Positions 17,876 to 24,000 of a stretch of DNA of 24,000 nucleotides are shown one piece after another; within the stretch, counting starts at the first letter, position 1, and each line of letters starts with the position of its first letter. Under the pieces are notes generated by a model, which made no database searches, was not told the origin of the DNA, and was given only the letters and a program-made list of their open reading frames with translations. Location: NCBI RefSeq assembly GCF_040932045.1, contig NZ_JBFRBC010000021.1, positions 18,914-42,913 on the forward strand, given 5' to 3'. Source of the stretch: Microbulbifer sp. TYP-18 (GTDB lineage Bacteria; Pseudomonadota; Gammaproteobacteria; Pseudomonadales; Cellvibrionaceae). A program made the position numbers and the translations under genes.

Positions 17876-18535
17876 ATGAAAAACCTCCATACGAAACTCC
17901 TGCTGCTGGTCGCGGTGATTTCTACCACCGGCTGTGTCCTGTTGGACGATTATGAGAAGCTTTCGTTCGTGGTTCAGGGGGATCGACTGGTCGCCCAGGG
18001 TGTGATCGATGGGAGCACACCGGACCGGTTGCGCAGGGTCGTCAGAGAAAATACACAGGTCAAGACACTGGTGCTTCAATTTGTGCCCGGTTCCGTGGAT
18101 GACGAAGCAAACCTGGAAACGGCGCGCTTTGTCCGCAGTGCTGGCCTGCATACCCTGGTTCCCACCGACGGGATAATCGCCTCCGGCGGCACTGATCTTT
18201 TTCTCGCCGGTGAGACGCGCTCGATCGAACCCGGCGCCTGTGTCGGCGTGCACAGCTGGGCGGAAGCCGGCCTCTTTGGCGGCCTGGTCAATGGCGATGA
18301 GGTCCCCAGGGACGATCCCCAGCACAGGCTCTACCTCGATTACTATGACGAGATGGGAATCGCATCGGAATTTTACTGGTACACCCTGGAAGCCGCGCCT
18401 GCCGACAGCATCTACTGGATGCCGGCCGAGGCAATCAACCGATTCGGGATGAGTACCCAAGCCCTTCCCTCTAGCCCGGATAACAGGCTTCACAACCGCT
18501 GCGAGACCCTCGCGGATCGGGCGTCGAGCAGCTGA
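17876..18535 (+). CDS. lipoprotein of unknown function (possibly a COG3904-like periplasmic ClpP/crotonase-fold protein)
   Basis: A signal peptide with a lipobox (VISTTG|C) is present. The central segment LVLQFVPGSVDDEANLETARFVRSAGLHTLVPTDGIIASGGTDLFLAGETR...GVHSW resembles the predicted-periplasmic-protein family from memory only, so the functional call is weak. Confidence 0.6.
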   Translation: MKNLHTKLLLLVAVISTTGCVLLDDYEKLSFVVQGDRLVAQGVIDGSTPDRLRRVVRENTQVKTLVLQFVPGSVDDEANLETARFVRSAGLHTLVPTDGIIASGGTDLFLAGETRSIEPGACVGVHSWAEAGLFGGLVNGDEVPRDDPQHRLYLDYYDEMGIASEFYWYTLEAAPADSIYWMPAEAINRFGMSTQALPSSPDNRLHNRCETLADRASSS

Positions 18536-18600
18536 GCACCGCTCCCGCGGAAAGCAGGCGAGGCAAAACTCCGATCCCGTTTCGGAACAATCCTTTCTCT

Positions 18601-18766
18601 TAGCAGGCTGTTGAAATTCGAAGAATTTCGACGCCTGGTACCGGAATATGGATGTTCCGGCAAAATCGGCGACACTTAAGTCGTTGATTTTGGGAGAAAA
18701 GTGAAAATCACATTTTTCGCTTTTCGTGTGTTGAAAAGGCAGGATGCCTTTTTCAACAACCTGTTA
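18601..18766 (+). mobile_element. MITE-like inverted-repeat element, copy C (subfamily 2)
   Basis: It runs from TA|GCAGGCTGTTGAAATTC to CTTTTTCAACAACCTGT|TA and is near-identical to copy B over its whole length. It lies 65 nt downstream of the lipoprotein gene. Track ORF 18676-18864(-) lies largely inside it and is judged spurious. Confidence 0.88.
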
Positions 18767-18997
18767 GGGAACCTCTGCTGAACCTGCCCGCGAAGCGGTA
18801 AGACAATTGCTATGCCACCGCTCAACAAGAATGCGTAAAGATGGGTAAAAACTGGTAAAGACAAGGCTATTTGCAGCAGGGTTCGACTAATATCTCAACA
18901 CTTCACTTTCAGTGCGCAATAAATACCCGGATCAAGAGATATAAAAGCCGGGATTTCCCTTGCCGACCCATTCGAAAGAAATATAAGCGAGATAAGC

Positions 18998-19933
18998 ATG
19001 CATAAAATAATAGCAATATTGGCATTCTCTCTTCTGGCCTGCGCCAGCTATGCAAACATAATTATTGAAGTACCTGCCAGTCCTGAACAGGGATTCAATT
19101 TTCCCTATTTGCTTAAACTGCCTGACGCCTGGGAGCCCGATAAAAAAACCTACCTGATTGTGGAGACCAATAATACCGGTGAGCCCTCCGACAACTTCTC
19201 CTTTCACTATGCGGCTGCCAAGGGCGCTATCGGCGGCAATGCCGTTGGCCCCTGGCTGGCCAGGCAATTGTCCTTTCCCATCCTGATGCCAGTATTCCCA
19301 CGCCCGGAAACCCAGGATCACATTTATACGCATGCGCTGGATAGGGACACCATGACTGCAGGATCGAGTGCTATCGACAGGCTCGATCTCCAGTTGGCCG
19401 CAATGCTAGAGGACGCAAAAATCAGGTTGCGTGAAAAGTCGGCAGCGGTTGAAGACAAAATCCTGCTTACGGGATTTTCGGCATCCGGCACCTTTGCCAA
19501 CCGGTTTTCTTTTTTACACCCTGAAAAAATCGCGATGATTGTGGCCGGTGGTTTAAATGGCACTTTGATGCTGCCCATAAAGTGCATCGACAAACATGCA
19601 TTAAATTATCCTATTGGGATCAGTGATTTCGAATCAATCACCGGCAGCAACTTTGACCTGGATAGCTGGCAAAACATTGCCCAGTTTCTTTTTATGGGCG
19701 CACAGGACACCAATGATGCGGTTGCGTACGATGATGCCTACTCCGAAGCTGAAAGGCAGACCATCTACAACACCACGGGAAAACTCATGCAACCAGACCG
19801 CTGGTCAAATAGCCAGAAAGTGTATCTCGATAGTGGGGCAAATGTGGAGTTTTATACTTTCCCGGGAGTAGGCCATGCGACCAACGGGGAGATTCACCGG
19901 GAATTCCTCGACTTCGTCAAGAAGAAACTCTGA
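18998..19933 (+). CDS. secreted alpha/beta-hydrolase-fold protein (putative serine esterase)
   Basis: The signal peptide is MHKIIAILAFSLLACASYA. The nucleophile elbow is GFSASG. A GVGHA histidine motif lies near the C-terminus. The gene is AT-richer. Confidence 0.7.
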   Translation: MHKIIAILAFSLLACASYANIIIEVPASPEQGFNFPYLLKLPDAWEPDKKTYLIVETNNTGEPSDNFSFHYAAAKGAIGGNAVGPWLARQLSFPILMPVFPRPETQDHIYTHALDRDTMTAGSSAIDRLDLQLAAMLEDAKIRLREKSAAVEDKILLTGFSASGTFANRFSFLHPEKIAMIVAGGLNGTLMLPIKCIDKHALNYPIGISDFESITGSNFDLDSWQNIAQFLFMGAQDTNDAVAYDDAYSEAERQTIYNTTGKLMQPDRWSNSQKVYLDSGANVEFYTFPGVGHATNGEIHREFLDFVKKKL

Positions 19934-20246
19934 CTTGAAAAAACCGGGGACAGTGGCTTTGGCGATGGCCGGACCTGGCCCCACCGCCAATTCGCGCCAC
20001 CAGATTGAGAACGGCTTCCCCACCCGGTATCGCACCGAACGGTGGCGCCATATTTTTCGAAGGGCGAATCCAACGATAGCGCCTTTTGATCAATCCCATA
20101 AATACACCTTTATCCCATCCAAAAAAACCGAATGAAAATTTAATTTTCTGCCAGAAAATTACTCGCCTTTCCGCATTTAACTATTGCTTTCCGCCAGCGC
20201 CGACCGCAATATTCGCGACCCGAAACAGGCTGAGTGGATTGGCGTG

Positions 20247-22169
20247 ATGAAATCCCGGAAAATACACCACTGGACCAGCGAAGATTCCGCCGAGCTGTAT
20301 GGCATCCGCAAGTGGGGTGCCGGTTATTTTGATTTGCGCGATGACGGCGAAATCGCCGTTGGTGTTGAATTCGGTGAAGGTACAGCGTGCCAGGTGTCAC
20401 TGTTGGATATAGCCCGGGGGGCCACGGAGCGGGGACTGAGCATGCCGCTGCTGGTGCGCATAGAAAACCTGCTCGAAGCCCAGATTGCCCGTATCAATAA
20501 TTCCTTTGCCCGCGCCATTAGCAGCTGCGGCTACAACAATGTTTTCCGCGGCGTATTCCCCATCAAGGTAAACCAGCAGGCCCAGGTGATCGAGGAAGTC
20601 GCCAGGGCCGGCGGACCCTTTGCCCACGGCCTGGAGGCGGGCAGCAAGGCGGAGCTGATAGTGGCCCTGTCCGCTCTGGAAAATACCGACGCCTTGATTG
20701 TTTGCAACGGTTACAAGGACGAGGAGTTCATCAATCTGGGCCTGCAGGCACAGCGCCTGGGGATGCGGATATTTTTCGTCGTCGAGACCCCCTCCGAAGT
20801 GGATACCATTATTCGCTGTGCCGAGCGCGAGCAGGTACGCCCGTCGATTGGGGTGCGGGTCAAACTCGCCTCCAGGGTGGGTGGCCACTGGAACGCCACC
20901 AGTGGGGACCGCAGCATTTTCGGCCTGGGCAGCAACGACCTGATCGCAATGGTGGACCAGCTGCGCAGCCACGATATGCTGGACTGTCTGCAGTTGCTGC
21001 ACTACCACCTGGGCTCCCAGGTGCCCAACATCCGCGATATCCGCACCGGGGTCCTGGAAGCCTGCCGCTACTATGCGGATCTGGTGGAGGAAGGAGCACC
21101 GATGGGTTACCTGGACCTGGGAGGCGGCCTGGCGGTGGACTACGATGGCTCCAAGACCAATTGTGCCCACAGCAAGAATTATTCCCTGGACGAATACTGT
21201 GTCGATGTGGTGGAAGCCATCATGGATACACTGGACAGCGAAGGGGTATCCCACCCAGTGATTATCACCGAATCTGGCCGGGCCAGTGTGGCTTACTCTT
21301 CGGTACTCCTGTTCGACATCCTCGATACCACCCGTTACGAGCCGGTGGAGTTGGGAGAGGGGCGGGTTTCTGAGCAGGCCCACCCGATGCTGCGCTATCT
21401 GGAAGCCGCGGTAAACAGTGTCACCACTGACAATTTGCAGGAGAGTTACAACGACGCCCTCTATTATCGGGATGAGATCCGCGCTCTCTACCTGCACGGA
21501 CAGGTCGGCCTGCGCGAGCGGGCCCAGGCGGAAAACTATTTCCTGCGCGCGGCGCAGAAAATCCGCTCGCTGTTGGACGAGGCGGACGAGGTGCCGATTG
21601 ACCTGCGGACCCTGCCGGAGCTGGTTTCGGACATCTACTATGCGAACGTCAGCGTCTTCCAGTCCCTGCCCGACATCTGGGCCATCGACCAGGTATTTCC
21701 ACTGGTACCCATTCACCGGCACGACGAGGCGCCGACCCGCACCGGCATCATCGCCGACATCACCTGCGACTGTGATGGCAAGATAGACCGCTTTATCGGC
21801 CGCCATGGTGAACAGAAAACCCTGCCACTGCATCCGTTGAAGGAGGGGGAGGACTATATACTCGGCGCCTTCCTGGTGGGGGCCTACCAGGAAACCCTCG
21901 GTGACCTGCACAATTTGTTTGGCGACACCAATGTGGTGAGTGTGCGTGTTCACGCCGATGGCAGCTTCGATTACAGTCATGAGATTCACGGCGACAGTAT
22001 CGCCGACGTGCTCAGCTATGTGGAATACCGGCCGCAGGATTTATTGGAGCGGTTTCGCAGGCTGGCGGAAGCCGCGGTAAAAAGTGGCCGTATCAGTCCA
22101 CAGCAACGCAAGCAGATTCTGCATACCTATACCGCGAGCATGGACGGGTACACCTATTTCGAGAGATAA
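20247..22169 (+). CDS. speA: biosynthetic arginine decarboxylase
   Basis: It is collinear with E. coli SpeA as I recall it (FPIKVNQQ, GLEAGSKAEL, VCNGYKD, LHYHLGSQ, ITESGRA, NVSVFQSLPDIWAIDQVFP, GAYQETLGDLHNLFGDT, GYTYFE). The start is set at the ATG at 20247 (MKSRKIHHWT...) rather than the track's TTG at 20184. Confidence 0.94.
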   Translation: MKSRKIHHWTSEDSAELYGIRKWGAGYFDLRDDGEIAVGVEFGEGTACQVSLLDIARGATERGLSMPLLVRIENLLEAQIARINNSFARAISSCGYNNVFRGVFPIKVNQQAQVIEEVARAGGPFAHGLEAGSKAELIVALSALENTDALIVCNGYKDEEFINLGLQAQRLGMRIFFVVETPSEVDTIIRCAEREQVRPSIGVRVKLASRVGGHWNATSGDRSIFGLGSNDLIAMVDQLRSHDMLDCLQLLHYHLGSQVPNIRDIRTGVLEACRYYADLVEEGAPMGYLDLGGGLAVDYDGSKTNCAHSKNYSLDEYCVDVVEAIMDTLDSEGVSHPVIITESGRASVAYSSVLLFDILDTTRYEPVELGEGRVSEQAHPMLRYLEAAVNSVTTDNLQESYNDALYYRDEIRALYLHGQVGLRERAQAENYFLRAAQKIRSLLDEADEVPIDLRTLPELVSDIYYANVSVFQSLPDIWAIDQVFPLVPIHRHDEAPTRTGIIADITCDCDGKIDRFIGRHGEQKTLPLHPLKEGEDYILGAFLVGAYQETLGDLHNLFGDTNVVSVRVHADGSFDYSHEIHGDSIADVLSYVEYRPQDLLERFRRLAEAAVKSGRISPQQRKQILHTYTASMDGYTYFER

Positions 22170-22303
22170 GGGATAGCGCACCAGGCATCCGGTGGGCGGG
22201 ATAAAACACCGCTGGACAGGGCGCGCACCCTTGGGATACAGGCGATTACGGGCAATTTCCCAGGGCGGCGATGCCCTGGCGCAGATGAAAGAGGAGTATG
22301 TGC

Positions 22304-23512
<1,209 letters not shown>

Positions 23513-23520
23513 TCCGCCGC

Positions 23521-23543
23521 GCGCCGGTCCCGCCGACCGGCGC
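23521..23543 (+). other. GC-rich intercistronic stem-loop
   Basis: GCGCCGGTC-CCGCC-GACCGGCGC is a perfect 9-bp stem between the dehydrogenase stop and the nspC start. It is followed only by CTTTC, so it is a weak terminator or attenuator at best. Confidence 0.4.
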
Positions 23544-23579
23544 CTTTCACCCCAGCCGCTTCGATGGTAGCCGCAACCC

Positions 23580-24000
23580 ATGGACCTGACGCCGCGCAAA
23601 GACTACTTTGGAGAATTCGACCCCACCCGTGTGCCCTCGCCCTGTTTTGTGGTGGATGAAGTAGCTCTGCGGGACAACCTGACGCTGCTGGCGGAAGTGC
23701 AGGCCCGCAGTGGCGCCAGGGTACTGGCGGCACTCAAGGCATTCTCCATGTTCAGTACCGGGGACCTGGTTGCCCAATACTTGAGCGGTGTCTGTGCCAG
23801 CGGCCTGCACGAGGCCAAACTCGCCTATGAGGAGTACGGCGGCCGCGACCTGAACCGCGAAGTGCACGTGTTCAGCGCCGGCTTCAAGGAGCGGGAGCTG
23901 CGACAGTTACTGACCTTTGCCCACCATATAGTATTCAACTCCTTCTCCCAGTGGCATAGGTACAAATCCCTGTGTCTGCGCGCACAGCAGTCGCGGCCGG
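23580..24000 (+). CDS. nspC: carboxynorspermidine/carboxyspermidine decarboxylase, 5' partial (runs off the window)
   Basis: It is not in the supplied track because no stop is reached. My hand translation from the ATG at 23580 reads MDLTPRKDYFGEFDPTRVPSPCFVVDEVALRDNLTLLAEVQARSGARVLAALKAFSMFSTGDLVAQYLSGVCASGLHEAKLAYEEYGG...HHIVFNSFSQ. This matches the N-terminal pattern of Vibrio NspC as I recall it (PYFMIDE, LALKCFS, GTTSSG, E.KLG.E.FGG, IFNSQSQ). Confidence 0.85.
   Translation, partial: MDLTPRKDYFGEFDPTRVPSPCFVVDEVALRDNLTLLAEVQARSGARVLAALKAFSMFSTGDLVAQYLSGVCASGLHEAKLAYEEYGGRDLNREVHVFSAGFKERELRQLLTFAHHIVFNSFSQWHRYKSLCLRAQQSRP

Noticed and set aside
19985-20050. A tRNA-like 3' end (GGTGGCGCCA) paired with GGCGCCACC 39 nt upstream.
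   Set aside because: There is no T-arm (GTTCGAATC-like) sequence, D-arm or anticodon stem, and the length is wrong for a cloverleaf. It is most simply a long-loop hairpin followed by ATATTTTT downstream of the hydrolase gene.
19925-20100. A possible sixth MITE copy. The spacing is about 170 bp between CTGACTTGAAAAAACC (like CTGTTGAAAAAG) and GCCTTTTGATCAATCCCATA (like GCCTTTTTCAACAACCTGCTA).
   Set aside because: The diagnostic TAGCAGG/CCTGCTA ends are absent, and the interior shares none of the subfamily cores (GGATGTTC, GCGGACAT, GAAAAGTGAAAA).
20397-21989. A 530-aa minus-strand ORF antisense to speA; a similar 481-aa ORF at 22154-23599 is antisense to the dehydrogenase gene.
   Set aside because: The sense strands encode full-length, collinear SpeA and saccharopine-dehydrogenase-family proteins. 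The antisense products are low-complexity and have no recognisable domains.

Overview
The window looks like chromosomal DNA from a moderately GC-rich gammaproteobacterium, judging by Pseudomonas-type metK/sahR and tkt/epd synteny; I cannot name the organism. Three GC-rich housekeeping blocks are clear. (i) A minus-strand SAM-cycle operon, sahR-metK-ahcY-metF (5035-9584), is divergent from tkt-epd (9833-13037). (ii) A polyamine cluster, speA, carboxy(nor)spermidine dehydrogenase and nspC, spans 20247 to beyond 24000; nspC runs off the window and is missing from the ORF track. (iii) An OmpA-domain lipoprotein lies at 4403-4978. Between these blocks are visibly AT-richer or compositionally mixed accessory patches. 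At the left edge, 1-1329 is undecodable sequence, followed by an orphan ORF and a ThDP-dependent 2-keto-acid decarboxylase. From 13049 to 19933 there are two TetR-controlled divergent pairs (an AhpD/CMD-family protein and a RibD_C/DHFR-family protein). The same stretch holds an aminotransferase, YheO/DauR-type regulator and lipoprotein module, and a secreted alpha/beta hydrolase. The main structure the ORF track does not explain is a TA-flanked, roughly 166-bp, hairpin-rich inverted-repeat element resembling a Correia-like MITE. It has three intact and two decayed copies, all in one orientation. They bracket the decarboxylase gene and sit at junctions between compositional modules. Several strong palindromic operator candidates are also visible. 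I found no rRNA, tRNA, CRISPR array or transposase. I found no recognisable defence, toxin or secretion system, so I cannot support a wholly new multi-gene system. The repeat family and the small accessory modules are the best leads.
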